From positions 1 to 53,557 of the forward strand of contig JAAILG010002530.1 of the NCBI GenBank assembly GCA_012026655.1: DNA of 53,557 nt, read 5' to 3'. The stretch comes from Hydrolagus affinis (lineage: Eukaryota). The translations under genes were made by a program, and so were the position numbers. The notes under the pieces were generated by a model. It had not been told where the DNA came from, searched no databases, and saw nothing but the letters and a program-made list of their open reading frames with translations. Numbering within the stretch: the first letter of the stretch is position 1; each line of letters starts with the position of its first letter. Shown in pieces: positions 1 through 12,821 of the stretch.

Positions 1-164
1 GGTCTGTGCATTGTGTATAGAGATGAGCATTCTGGGTCTTGTAGTTCAGTGTGCGCGCATTCCGATTTTTTTCGATATATCGATATTTTTTAAATGTCTA
101 TTGGCATATTGATATAAAAAATATATCGGGTATAACCGATATATCGATATATCGCCGGACCCTA
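1..164. mobile_element. Right end of hAT-type MITE (truncated by window start)
   Basis: Ends in gatatatcgatatatcgccggacccta, near-identical to the right end of the element at 31320-31672. Rich in GATAT/ATCGAT repeats. Confidence 0.8.
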
Positions 165-334
165 ATGTGCAGGGGTTCTTACATTCCCAGTTGCTGAGAT
201 GAATAAGTTTTTTAAAATATATATATTTAAATCATGTTTGTATCAAACTGACAGGATCCACATGATTTGGCAAAGTATATAAAAAAATCTATAATGAGTT
301 TCTGCCTGAAAGGAAACATTAACAAAATCAAAGG

Positions 335-870
335 AGAGCAGCAGGAGGCCATTCAACGCATCAAACCCGATCTATTAATCCCAATGTCCTGCTCTTTTGT
401 CATATTTCGAGTATCATCCTTCTTTAAAACATTCCTATTAATTCCACCTTTTACAGCTTTGTGCAGCAGAGCATTCCACACCTTTACATTGCCTCATGTA
501 AAGAAATGCTTCCCCACCTCAATACGAACTGTGTTCTGATTTTTTTTGTAATGAATCCCTCTACCCAAGGGAAGGGTCTTCCACTATAAAACCTGTCAAT
601 TTTGTTCATTATTTTAAATACTTCAATCAAATCTCTCTTTTACCTCCTTCGTTTCTAAGTATTATAGCTTTAGTTTACCCAGCCTCTCATTACAGCTAAA
701 CCACTTCCAACACAGATCTTAATCTGGGAAATGTCACTGGACACCCTCTTAAAACCCTACACTATATCCTTCATAAAATTGGGTGCCTGTAACTAAGATC
801 CTCCAGATTCCCATTCCTGATATAGAATGTATTCCCATACAGGCCTTGTACAACTGTACCTCAACATTAT
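335..870 (-). mobile_element. Old CR1 LINE 3' fragment
   Basis: ggaggccattca, gcattccacacctttac, aaagaaatgcttcc and aaatacttcaatcaaatctct are degenerate reverse complements of the CR1 end at 26358-26934. Confidence 0.6.
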
Positions 871-2837
871 GAACCAATTTTGAGAGAGGAGGGTAAAGGG
901 TGAAAACTAGGGGAGATTGGGAAATAGAATATAGGTTTTCCAGTACCCCGATAACAATAAAAAAAACTACATTTTTAATGTAGAATCAACAGCTTGGGGA
1001 GCTTAACATTTGTAGGAGCAGTAATTTAGCAAGCCAGTGACAGTTTGGGGTGAGTCAAACATTGATGTATTTTTCAAACAGAAGTACCATTTGAAAGCAC
1101 ATAGTTTTTTTTCTGTGGTAAGATGTGAACCATTGTACAGTATTGTGATTGTTGAATCCTGTGCCGCAATGTGTATGCAGTCACAGTGTGCATGTTTACA
1201 CATATTCTTATTGTACTTACAAAACTAGTGACATGGTCATTTTGAAACGTGGATAATATTTTGTATTTGATGCACTACAGTGAGTGGATGGAAGGCCTGG
1301 AATTTTGCTTTCATAGATTGCTGGTGCTGTTGCATGTTGCCCTTTCACAGCATGCTCAGCACTTACCTTGGGGAGCCTTTGTCTTTAATCAGTTCTTCCG
1401 ACCTCCTCTCCCCCCTCCCCCCCCTCCCCCGTGTGTCTGTTTCCCAACCTCTAGTTTTCCCTCTCTTTTACTCCCAGCAGGGTTGCCTTTTGTTAATTGA
1501 TAACCGGAGCCTTATAGCTACGGCTCACAGCTAGAGGCCACAAAATGATGCATGTCTGAGAAAGACCTGCCTTTCCAGACTGCTTATCAAAAAGTACAGA
1601 GCACAGAAAGAAAAAACGTCCAACCTCCTCTTTCTCTCCCCCCCCACCCCCCCACACACACACATCGCTCCCTCCATCCTTCCCACACTCCCTCCCTCCC
1701 TGAATATGCCATTGGTTTCCCAAGGCCACAGAACTGACTGAAAAGACAGTCACCAAGGAAAGCTTGTTGAGGAATCTTTTGTGTTGCTGAAACATGAGGG
1801 GTTTGAAGAAACTCATTGCTGGTCCCTTATGATACACAGTTCTGTTTAAAACTGAACATTTTCTCCCTACCTACATTCCCTTTTGATGATGACTTTTAAA
1901 TGCGGAACCATCTTAAAATGAGCTTTTTATAAGACTTAAGGTATTTTCAGAATGTTATGCAAATCAAGGTCCTAGTTATTGTTCTTCCAGAATGAGCACA
2001 TGGAATTTTAACTTCTGGTGAAATTCTGACCCTGCACTGCAATATTTGAGTGGCTGATGTTTTTTCAGTTCCAGTTCCAAGGGCAATTTTGATGGAGCAC
2101 AAATCCTGTTGAGTAAATTAAACTACCGTGAGACACAAGTTACTCATTCAAGAGGAAATGACTTTACACTAAATTGACATCTGGGAAGATTGTTTAGCTC
2201 ATTCTTCCCTTCCCCTTCTAATTTAGTACCTGGGTTTCGAAAAATGTTTAGTTTTTAGCAATTATACCCTGTTACATTTTGATTCGTGTTGTGGAAAATC
2301 ACTGGGCAGCACCATGATCTTCAGAAATGTTCAGCAGCCAGTGTAAAGGTCCTAAACTGTGTTCAGGCAATCCTTTGTATGTTTCTACTTGGCAAGAAAT
2401 GTGCTGCTGAAGATTTTTTTTGGGGAAAAGAATTCCCATAGAAAATCCTTTGCCATTGCATTTTAAAACTTGTTCTGCAATTGCATATGGGTAATAATTT
2501 CCTGAATCTCCCTAAGAGAAAGCAAATCTGATGGGGTTGGGTGTAACGTCTGTTCTTTGGTATTGTGTCTGTATAATTCTGGGTAATGTGTCTGCTGACC
2601 TTCATTGAAATCGAATGAGCTTAAGTGCACTTGTGAGATTTCTGCATTCTTAAGTTTTTTTTTACTAAAGAGCTGAAAGGGATTGAAAAGACCTTTGGGA
2701 TCTCTGTTCCAACAATTAGGCCTGATTGTATTTGTTTTCAGGTGTAAACTCAATATCTGGTTTGATAGACTTGGTTCAAGAAAATTTGGCATGTTAATAG
2801 ATTTCCAGTACAGACTTATCAGTTCAGTTTTTGCCTT

Positions 2838-3245
2838 GGGTGTCAGCCTGGCTCAGCTGGCAGCACTTTCGCATCTTGAGTCGGAAGGTTGTAGGTTCAA
2901 GTCCCAATTGAAGACTTTGAATCCCGTCTAGACTGCCACTTCAATCGAGTAATTGGGGAGTGCTATGTTGTTGGAGGTGCTGTTCGTCAGATGAGATGTC
3001 AAACTAAGATCCCATCTGCCCATTGAGGTAGCCATTAAAGAGCCCATGACACTATTCAAGAAGCGAATTTTTCCCGTCCCCCAGATAAAATTGAGCATTC
3101 ACTTCATGGCTGTTTGTGGGACATTGTATTGTGCAAATTGGCTGCTGTGTTTGTCTACAAAATACAGTCATCACACCGTTGCAATATATCCTGTGAAGCA
3201 CTTTGTACTTCACATTTGTTCTCCCGATGTGAAGACGCTACATCA
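2838..3245 (+). mobile_element. DeuSINE (SacSINE1/AmnSINE-like), near full length
   Basis: tRNA-like head (tggctcagctgg A box, ggttcaagtccc B box), Deu-like core gatgagatgtcaaac...taaagagcccatgacactattc, and L2-type tail. Homologous to 46664-47093 and 30639-31043. Confidence 0.75.
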
Positions 3246-3264
3246 CACACGTATTGTTTGATTT

Positions 3265-3601
3265 TATAATAATAATAATCCTTGCATTTAATATAGCGCT
3301 TTCCACGTCTTATCAACATCCCAAAGCGCTTCACAGAATATACTGTAAAGTGAATTGACTGTATATATTTGTGGGCGAATCGCGGCAGCCAATTGCGCAC
3401 AGCAGCGTCCCACAAACAGTCGTGGATTGAAATGACCAATTTTATTATTGTTTTTTTTGCGGGATTATTATTAGGCGTGTGGAGTAAGAAAACTTGCCCA
3501 AAGTTTCGCCCTGACCTGCCTGGATTTGAACACAGGTCTCCCCAGCTTGGTCTCCCCAGCTTGCAAGACAAGTGCTCTAACCACTGAGCCACAGGAGCTC
3601 C
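3265..3601 (-). mobile_element. tRNA-derived SINE with L2-like tail, short form
   Basis: Reverse complement reads ggagctcctgtggctcagtggttagagcac...gttcaaatcc...tgtgaagcgctttggg...aaatgcaaggattattattatta. Multiple homologues in the window. Confidence 0.88.
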
Positions 3602-4051
3602 AAACCCATATAGCAGCATAATTGAGAATAGGTACTCAGTCACTGGAGCTATTAATATGTATCATATTTTTGCTACTTGTGCCCTGCGTGACAGAAGATT
3701 AACATTTGGATTTTCACTGTTTTTCGGCATCAATTTTATTGTAAGAAGAGGAGCGCGTAAATGAATTGTGTGGTAAGTGAAATGGAACAGTAATGTGATC
3801 TTATCCTTAAGAGGAACACGGTGGAACAGAGGGGAAATGTGGTGGCGTTGAATAAAATGTTGCCCTTTTCAACCTCTAACTCCGATGTTTCGAAGCAGCT
3901 GTGTTGAAGTTAAGCCAAGTCAGGGTTAATGGCTTTAAATTCAACGCTTCATACAATCTCTCCATCATTTTCTAATTAACACTGGTCCACAACACACGAC
4001 AGCCCATAAAGTGGCATTTATTTGGTGACATTAAATTGATAGTCTGACTCT

Positions 4052-4054
<3 letters not shown>

Positions 4055-4082
<28 letters not shown>
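4055..4082. repeat. (TA)14 microsatellite
   Basis: Direct reading. Confidence 0.95.
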
Positions 4083-4087
<5 letters not shown>

Positions 4088-7000
4088 GAACCACATCAAG
4101 AAAAAGTGGTTCTCTAATTGCAAGGCTACTGGTGCTGTGAAACCTTGCATTTATATTGCCAGGTTGATTCCACAGCACTGCACATACACAGCTTGCAAAT
4201 GTGTCATTCTTCAAAGTCTATTAATGTCCTTATTGTTTTGTCACCGGTCTTATCCTATTGGCATGGAAAGTTGCATTCGCGCTAGTTATTAGAAAACTGA
4301 TGAGCCAGGGCATTTGGTCGATCATCCGCAGTGCCCTGGGGGTACTGTGAACCTGCTTGGTTTCAATGTTGGGATTCCTGATTCCACACAAAGAGTTCTG
4401 TCATATTTGCTGCCCCTTTGCCCGTGGAGCCCCTGTGAAACCAGGTTAACCTCCTTCCCTTTCCCCGCTACCCATGAGAAGATAGTCACACATTGATCAG
4501 ACACCTGGCTAGCATGGGTTTGAGCTCACAAAGTTGTGGAGATGTTGTGCATATTTTGAATAGCTTTTTTATATATGTAATACATTTACAGATTTGGGAG
4601 GTGGCAGTGAACTCATGCAGGCTATGCTTATAGTGATGAGGCCTCCTGCAACAATAAAGTAATTAAGTGCTGGAAAATCCTTTTTCTGATGACTTGAAGA
4701 GATCATGAGGCTTGAGAAACTTGTGAAGAAGCTGCAAATTCCCCAAACTTAATCACTGGCCTTAATTTACTGCTGTACTAATTAGGTATTCCGTGTGGTC
4801 CATAGTTTCACTCTCTTCGGTAGCTTGAAGTATATAGGTGAAAGTGCAATGCGGTTATACGACATTCAGTGACTAATACTGGACTATCAACATACTGTAG
4901 TTAACAAGTTATGCTATAAATACATTACATTGCCATTTATTAGAGAGGGTAACCTAAAACGTGCACACAGAGTTGTGTTCTTGTTAAGATAAACAATTAT
5001 TAATTTGGAAAATTATACCTCTCTCCCCTCCTGAAGTAAATTTTATTGCAGCACAATTACTTGACTGAGATAAAAGCTGGTACAATAATTGTTTGTCAGT
5101 GTAAGGTTGGAGCAGTGATTATGAAAATCATTTGGCTCTTGAGCAGTTTTCTGATTGAAACTGGCTAACTTTATACCAAGAAATGTTCATTCTTAACAAT
5201 GGGACGTTGAACAATTTTTTTTTCTTCTTTAGAAGGCAGAGATGTATGCTCAAATGTATGCTTGCATTGTGTAGTATTTTCCAAAGGTTGCACAGCTGGA
5301 ATGTAAAGCAGAATGTGAGCGATAGGCATCACAAAATGCAAGCCATGGTCTGAGAGAAGTGTCCTTGGACAAAAGCTAGGCAGATCTTTTGATTAAAAAA
5401 AGGAGTTGTGAAGACTTGCTTGTTTGATCTGTGCTTTATTTTTAATGCAATCTAGATTCCAAGAGGAGCCATGTAACTGTTTTGGACTCTTTCCAGTATG
5501 AACTAAACTGGTTTTCCGCAGACCTCTTGTACTTCTTGATTTGGTGTTGGTATGTATGGAAACATACCGCAGTCTAACAGCTATCCAGTTTCTCTATGCT
5601 GGCTTGAGCCTTGCTATATCATTCCATGCTTTTAACTAGCCAAACAGACATGAAACTCGGTGGAAATTAAACCTTTCATGTGTACTCCTCAGATATTGCA
5701 CTTAAATAGCTTATTAATTTAGAGTCATGTATCTGCTGACAAAGTGTATGTCATGTCACTGTGTGGGATGGTATCACTCTAGATCCCACATGCATAAGAC
5801 AGAAGTTGTCCATTTGAAGTGTGTTTGCTATTTGTGGACTCCTAATTATGTCAGTTGTTTGGTTGGAAATGGAAAGGAACCAAAATTGGTATGGTTCACC
5901 ACACTGGGAGATAGTATTATTGAGTGCAACATATGGCTTGTGAAATCGTTCATCTCCCGTTCAACTTGCATTTGTTTATCATTCTCTGCCTAACCGTAGA
6001 AGTGATTAATGACCACTGGAGACGTGTGTCTTGGTACTGACACCAGCAGCAAAGAAGCCCTTCAAGTAATGGATTGAATATTTCAGCTGTGGATACTTCT
6101 TTGGTTTTGTGAGTCCAAAGCATAATGGATTAATTTTGTACATCAAGTCAAATGGATTTAGAATAGCAACATTTTTGCGTGTTAGCTAAAGCCTCCTTTT
6201 AGATAGTTCCAACTATGTTAATCCAGTGTCTTTCTCATTCCGGTTAATTTATTTTTTTGAAAAAAATCTATTGTTTCCTGCAGTGAATAACAATGGACAA
6301 TAAATCTGAATCTGGCCAACATCCAGACTCTTATCTTGAAAGCTGACCTGACATTTGTTAATGGTTTTGAATTTCCTCTTTTTAGGCACTGTACATGTTT
6401 AGGAGAAGCTCTAATTGAAGATTGTGGTTGGAAACATAGTTTCCAACCACAAGTAACAAAGTTCAGAAAATTAGATATGATTAAACAAATTTTCTGTTCT
6501 CAAACATAACAAAAGGCATCTTATTAATATAGACACCAACTTCAAATGCTGGTCTGACAACCGTGGTCCAGGGCCTAATTTACTGGAATAATCCTTTGTG
6601 CAAGACCATTTTTATTGCATTCTGATTTCAGCTTGATGCAATAGAGAAAATTCCTCACCAAACATGTGTTGTATTATGGCATATTCTTAGGGATGTGGTG
6701 GAGTTGTTTGTGTATTTTAAAATATATATATGTATATTGTGGGCCAGCAGATTGTTTTAGTGTAAAGGCTAGAGTATTGATATTGTGCTTTTAGTAAGCA
6801 ATGTTTCTCTTCCAATTACAAAACCAGTTTTATTAAATAATAAATGCAAATATTCTGTATGAGAATATGGTGTGAAATTGTGTTTAACTTACTGATGGGG
6901 GTAACTTGGGGACTGAATGTAGAATATGATGTATATTGGATGTGAAGGGTTGTAGCCAACTTGAAAATGGTTAACACCAAAAGTTGTTTTCAATCTTAAA

Positions 7001-8093
7001 ATTATAAAATTTGAAGTGAGTGAATGCTTAACTCTCCTCAAATTGCCTTTTCTTAAAGCTGAGTTTGGCTAAAATAACTTATGCAAGACCATGAATGATT
7101 TTCTACAGCTACTCGGTACAGTATTGTGTTAGCAAACTTTTTACTACAGTAGTGTATACAGATCAAGAATGGACTTGTTTGTGATGGTTCTAAAGTTTGG
7201 AAGTAAATGATTCAAAGATGATGATGGTACTTCTCCTCGCATCAATATAGGGGCAGCTGACCATAAATCTTGCTTTGGGTTTATAATATTGATCACCAGC
7301 AAAGCAAGGTTTAAAATGACTGGTAGCTATATTAGGTATCATTTTGAGGATTATGTATAGAATGACAAGCTGGGAATTATTTCAATGCTGCAATCTTGTC
7401 AGGGTTTGGGTTTTGCCCCAAACTATGGAATCATAAGTTCTTTAAAATTTATGTTTTATTTAAGTGCCTGTATCAATTATTGGTTAGCCACCAATCTATT
7501 TGCTAAAATCTACTAAAAAAAATTTGTAAAGCCTTTCTAAAATAAGAAAGCCTTTCCAATTTTTTTTAAAAAAAGAAACTGCTTTCTCTTGCTGAAATCT
7601 TTCTCCATTTCCCCCAACCCCCCCAACACATTTATTAAGAATGCGAAGAGCACGGAAACTGGTCATTTCTGAAGTTTATACTTCATGTGAGTGGCCACAC
7701 ACTCCTCACTCCTGCTCGTACCCTAAAGATTTGCAAAGAACGACTTACGAAAGCATTGACTTCCGACCTGTCCCTCCACTTCCCCATTAACCAATTGGTT
7801 ACCGTTCATGGGCATCAGGAGGCTATTCAGCAATGGAATCATCAGGAGAGAGTCTTCATGTTGTGCAAAAATTTAAATGTCCTGGATGTGGTCACAGATA
7901 ATCTAATTCCAGGATCTAACGACCTCTAGTCTAATTGTTTTTAATGTTAATTTGAAAACATGTTCTCTGTATGGTGGAGAGTGGATGGCTACAAACTAAC
8001 ACAGAACACAGGATAGGATATAAACATCTTTCAGGAGAAACTATGTGAAATTGTGTGACTTCAATCACTTCCATATTGGTTGTGGCGACAATC

Positions 8094-8393
8094 ATAATAA
8101 ATAATAATAATTCTTGCATTTGATAGTGTTTTTCATGTCTTCTAGAAGTCTCAAAACGCTTCACAGAATGTACTGTAAAGTGAATTGACAATATTTTGTG
8201 GACAAACTGTGGCAGCCAATTGTGCACAGCAGTATCCCATAAACAGTCGTGGAATGAAGTGACCAATTTATTATTGTTTATTATCAGGGGTGTCGAGGAA
8301 AGAGACTTGCCCAAGATTTTGCCCTTCTGGGAATCAAACCCAGGTCTCTCACTTGTGAGGCGAGTGCTCTAACCACTGAGCTACAGAATTCCA
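8094..8393 (-). mobile_element. tRNA-derived SINE, short form
   Basis: Same head and tail as 3265-3601. Confidence 0.88.
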
Positions 8394-8903
8394 CAATAAA
8401 GTGACCATAGCTGTTTTCTTAAATGTTCAAATTTGAGGAGACATTATGTAAGATTTAGGTAAGCTTTTCGGGAAGTGGAAACGTTCTTTAAACCTTACCT
8501 GCCATAGTTGTGTAAAATTATGTTGTTAATCTGAAGTGCTAATCCTTCTGGGGCTGGCTCAGGGAACTGGAAGGGACCTTGGCTTAAGAGGTTACTGTGT
8601 CAGATCTGTTGAAGAGGTGAGTGCTGATTGTCTTGATTGTACTGCACAAGACAAATTGGTCTTTATTAGCTATCTCCATCTGTTGGCCTGATTGGCAGAG
8701 GAAGGCTGCAGGGAAGCCTGACAGTAGTAGACAGGAATAATGGAGTGCAGTCGGCAGAAGGCTAGTTTTCAGGAGGGTCAAGCCATTGGAATTTCTAAGG
8801 CCAATTTCCTGTGATTTGCTATCTTTCCTACATAAAGGCCTGGAATCAGTTCAGGGAAGTTGTGGAATGTTAGCCTCCTGATAACATTTTGGTGGTTGTA
8901 AAA

Positions 8904-8924
8904 ACACACACACACACACACACA
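8904..8924. repeat. (AC)10 microsatellite
   Basis: Direct reading. Confidence 0.9.
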
Positions 8925-9060
8925 TAAATTTATTGTGAATTTTGGTTTTGCCAGAGGAACATTGTAGCAGTTTATGAGAAATAAAAATGAAATCTTCACT
9001 CACTGTCTTTGTACTCACTTAGTTGATAGTCACAGATATTTCTGAATGGCTGAGCATTCA

Positions 9061-9210
9061 CAGGAGATTGCAAACTGCAGGAAAATCCATGGAAGCCTCC
9101 AGTATTGCTTATCCACAAATACACAGGCAGTCACTGCACTTTACAGTATATCCTGCAAAGAACTTTTGGATATACTCCTGATGTGAAAGGCGCTGTTGCA
9201 ATACTATTGT
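9061..9210 (+). repeat. Repeat unit ending in SINE/L2-like tail, copy 1
   Basis: caggagattgcaaactg...gcagtcactgca...acagtatatcctgcaaag...ctgatgtgaaag, repeated at 10218-10370. Confidence 0.7.
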
Positions 9211-9375
9211 TTCCTTGCTGTGGGTTTGATTTCTTCTATAATCATTATCAATGTAAATGCAATCCACAACCTAAATCCTTCTGAGCATTTATTACGTTGC
9301 TATAAATTGTTACTCAATCCAGTTCCTCTGAAATGAAACATTTGCTGTAATTTGTTCAGTGGAAACTGACCGCAG

Positions 9376-9600
9376 CAATAATTATAATCCCTGAATTTGA
9401 TATACAGTAGCGCTTTTCACATCTTCTAGACGCCTCAAAGTGCCTTGCAGAATACACTGTAAAGTGAATTGACGTGGATTGAAATTACCAATTTTTTTTG
9501 ATGGGTTATTAGGTGTGGAGTAAAGAGACTTACCCAAGGTTTCACCCAGCCTGGACTTGAACCCAGGACTCTCGCTTGTAAAGGCAAGTGCTCTAACCAT
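9376..9600 (-). mobile_element. tRNA-derived SINE, internally deleted
   Basis: Tail and head match the family, but the ggcagccaattgcgcacagcag block is missing. Confidence 0.8.
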
Positions 9601-10217
9601 CAACATTACTAATTACAAGATGGATAGACTAAAACAAATCCAACTAAGAGTAAAACTTTTAATGCAAATTAAAAAAAAGGTTTAACAATGTAAAGTTTTT
9701 GTATAGCAAGTTGTTTTACTTAGAAGTTCCAGTACACTATATGTGTGTGTGTGTGTCTGAGCACAGTGGAATTCTGCCATATTCCTTTCTGCATGATTGC
9801 ACCCAGGAGGAACTTCCTCTGCTTTAAGGCAGGATTTATTATTATCTACAGCTGGAATTCTGGCCTGCTTAACATAACTTCTCTGAATGCTTTTGGAATA
9901 CAGTGTGCAGTCTCCTATTTCCCCCTCCTCCAAGATACAAAACTCAACATTAAAATGCATGCCTAGTTCCCAAGGAAAGCAAAAATCATTTCATGAGCTA
10001 TTAATTTGAAGTGGTAATGAAGCCTCAAAGGTATTTCACCCCCCATCTCATGCTACTTAATATGTTCTGTAGCTTTCATTGTAAGCTTATGCTGATTGGT
10101 ATTAACTGTATCCTTAAGCAAAAAAAAGCTTAAAATGGAATGAGACAGAAACTTGTAGAATAGAGAAAGTTGCAATCGTATAAGTCTGAACAGATTTCTA
10201 AATGTACCCCACAGAAA

Positions 10218-10370
10218 CAGGAGATTGCAAACTGTAGAGAAATCTATGAAACCCTTCAGTTTTGTTTGTCCACAAAATACATGCAGTCACTGCATTGTAC
10301 AGTATATCCTGCAAAGCACTTTCGAACACCCTGCTGATGTGAAAGATGCTATACTGAATGTAGTATTATT
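10218..10370 (+). repeat. Repeat unit ending in SINE/L2-like tail, copy 2
   Basis: Direct repeat of 9061-9210. Confidence 0.7.
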
Positions 10371-11665
10371 CTCTAGTGTCATCTAAAACTAGTATCATAC
10401 TATGACAGCATTATTTGGTTGTTTGCTTCTGTTCCAATGTCTACTCCGTGTGTCCTTTCCTGTTTTCAAATGCAGGCTAAATGTTGCTTTATAATCAGTA
10501 TTTAAAAATGTTTTAATTTAATATAACACCTTCTACAATAGGAGACAGTTTCAAAAGAGTTTCACAGAATTTATTGTAAAATATAACAATTTATTATTAG
10601 GCAAATGCACAATTTATAGTGTTATATGCATTTTAAGTATTTTTCTGTATTCAGAGCAGAGGATCACTGTGAGGACTGTGATAGTAGAATTTTTTTTATT
10701 AAAAAAAAAGTTTTAATTGTGCGTTTAGCTTTCCCTTATTTTCCCCATTCCCTCTTGTCTGTGTGTCACGTGGGTTCCATCACCACACCAGTAAGTGAAC
10801 AAGCTGTTTGCAGCTGTTTTTTAAAAGAGTGGAAAGAATAACGTGACTATTCCTCATCTGTCCTCTTCCTTATTGTAACCCCTTCGAACATGTGGACACA
10901 TGTCTGGCCCATTTGTGACAACAAAGCTGAGATTTTAAGGAAGTGTATTAATGGGGCGAAGCTGCAGCACCTTTTGATATCTGTGTATCATGAAAGCATT
11001 TTCGTCTCGCGTTTAATGAGAGAATTTTTAATAGTCTTTAAATTGTTTGTGAAGACTCGTAGATATTACAAAGAGTCGCCCGGATAGATTGTTGCTACCT
11101 GTAACCCTGCATGGTTTTCAGACGGACACGTGGGAACAGTAACCCAAGGTCGTAGGCCTGGAGGCATTGAGCTCTGACCTTTCTCTGAGGAGGCCCAGTT
11201 AACCTCTGCTGCCTGTTAAGAACAATGGGAGCAGCAGGGGGGCTGTGCCTGGAGAATGTGGAAAAATGAGACCAACGAGGGCTAAAGCAGTTAACTACCT
11301 GCTTTTTTAGTAGAGTTCCTGCAGTTTCTTAATGATGTATGTTAGGCAGACTGAGGCAATGAAGAAAATCTATTTACTACACACAAGTTTTAACTTATTT
11401 GGACTGAATTCATCCATATTTCTGTTGGGCTGTTCTATACTGATGTTTTTCTTCCTTGTACTTTTTGAGTGCCTAAGCCTCTCCATTCGATACCAAGTCT
11501 TGTTTAGTGGTTGTATACATGTGAATACTTTAGGCTACGTTTCAATGAGTCAGTACTGTACACTCTTGTGAGCTAACATTTTTGTCAACTAAAATCTACT
11601 CCATTGGATGATGATGATTTGATAGCAATACTTCTCATATTCATTCTTCGTTCAAGGACCATGTA

Positions 11666-11982
11666 GTGGAGTCCTGTAGCTCAGTGCTTAGAGCACTTGC
11701 CTTACAAACGTGAGACCTGTGTTTTGAATCCAGGCAGGTCAGGGCGAAACCTTGGGCAAGTTTCCTTACTCCACACGCTTAATAGTAATCGAAACAAAAC
11801 TATAATAAATTGCTCATTTCAATCCACGACTGTTTGTGGGGACACTACTGTGTGCAATTGGCTGTCACGTTTCACCCACAAATATAACGTCAATTCACTT
11901 TACAGAATATTCTGTGAAGCGCTTTGAGATGTCTAGAAGATGTGAAAAGCGCTATATCAAAATGCAAGGATTATATTATTAT
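11666..11982 (+). mobile_element. tRNA-derived SINE, short form, full length
   Basis: gtggagtcctgtagctcagtgcttagagcac (A box), gttttgaatcc (degenerate B box), tail aaatgcaaggattatattatta. Confidence 0.9.
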
Positions 11983-12821
11983 AGTAAGTACTGCAAAGTG
12001 TTGTGAGAGATAGATAAGTATCAGCTTGTGCAATTTTGTTTTTAAAAAGAAATAACTGCCCACTTCCTTGCCATGAGCCAGATTTTGAGTTTAGAAGTAC
12101 CGTACGTTGCTCCCCACACAGTATTTTGGGGGTTAATTGTCTGTCGTACCACAGTTAGGAGGAATCGAAAGTTAATTGGCTTATGCCAGTAAATGCACTC
12201 ATTTGGTATCCAATCCAGCAAAATTAATGGTGATCACAGGTAAATCATTGTCAAACAGTCTTTCCTCACAGCTAAACAAAGGTGATGAACATAAACATTC
12301 ACTTTTGCACGTTTGATTAAAGACATGAGGTATTCATCAGATCCTGGAACTAAATAATTTGCTGTGGTCCTTCCTTCTCTGTCAACACCAAAGGGGACCT
12401 CTCTCAAATCCCCTTTTCCACCTCTGACAAGGGGCCAGATAGATTGCCTTTATCCTTATTTTCTTCTTTGCCTTGACTAAATACCCCTGTTGGCAGCCAT
12501 AAGGACAAACCAAACATTCACAGCATGCGGGCTTGAAGAATGAAGTGTAGACTCTCTCTCCAGACTTGATGTTTGGCTATGTGTGATCAATTCCATTGCC
12601 CTCCTTTCTTAACCATCAGTGAATTCCTCCACCCTTCTGGCTGCAAGCTCAGCCACTACAAAGCTGCCAGTCTAGCTCCCTGAAATGTCGGAATGAAAAC
12701 AGTGCAGTAAAACCTGAGCGAGTGGACCATTCCTGGGGAGAACAATGGCCGTGTTTGGAAATGTTGCTGCCATTCCTTTGGTTTCCTTCTGGATGTTGCT
12801 TGACTGCATCCCAGCACTGCA

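Noticed and set aside
1400-1700. Poly-Pro ORFs and C-rich tracts as coding sequence or promoter
   Set aside because: Low-complexity C runs (possible minus-strand G-quadruplex) without CpG island or signal-peptide exon; exon 1 is not in the window.
7687-7929. LKIC-containing ORF as glypican exon 2
   Set aside because: Lacks CPQGxTCC; the true exon 2 is at 20974-21132.
11668-11740. tRNA gene
   Set aside because: tRNA-like head continues into a SINE body found many times; B box degenerate and no clean cloverleaf.
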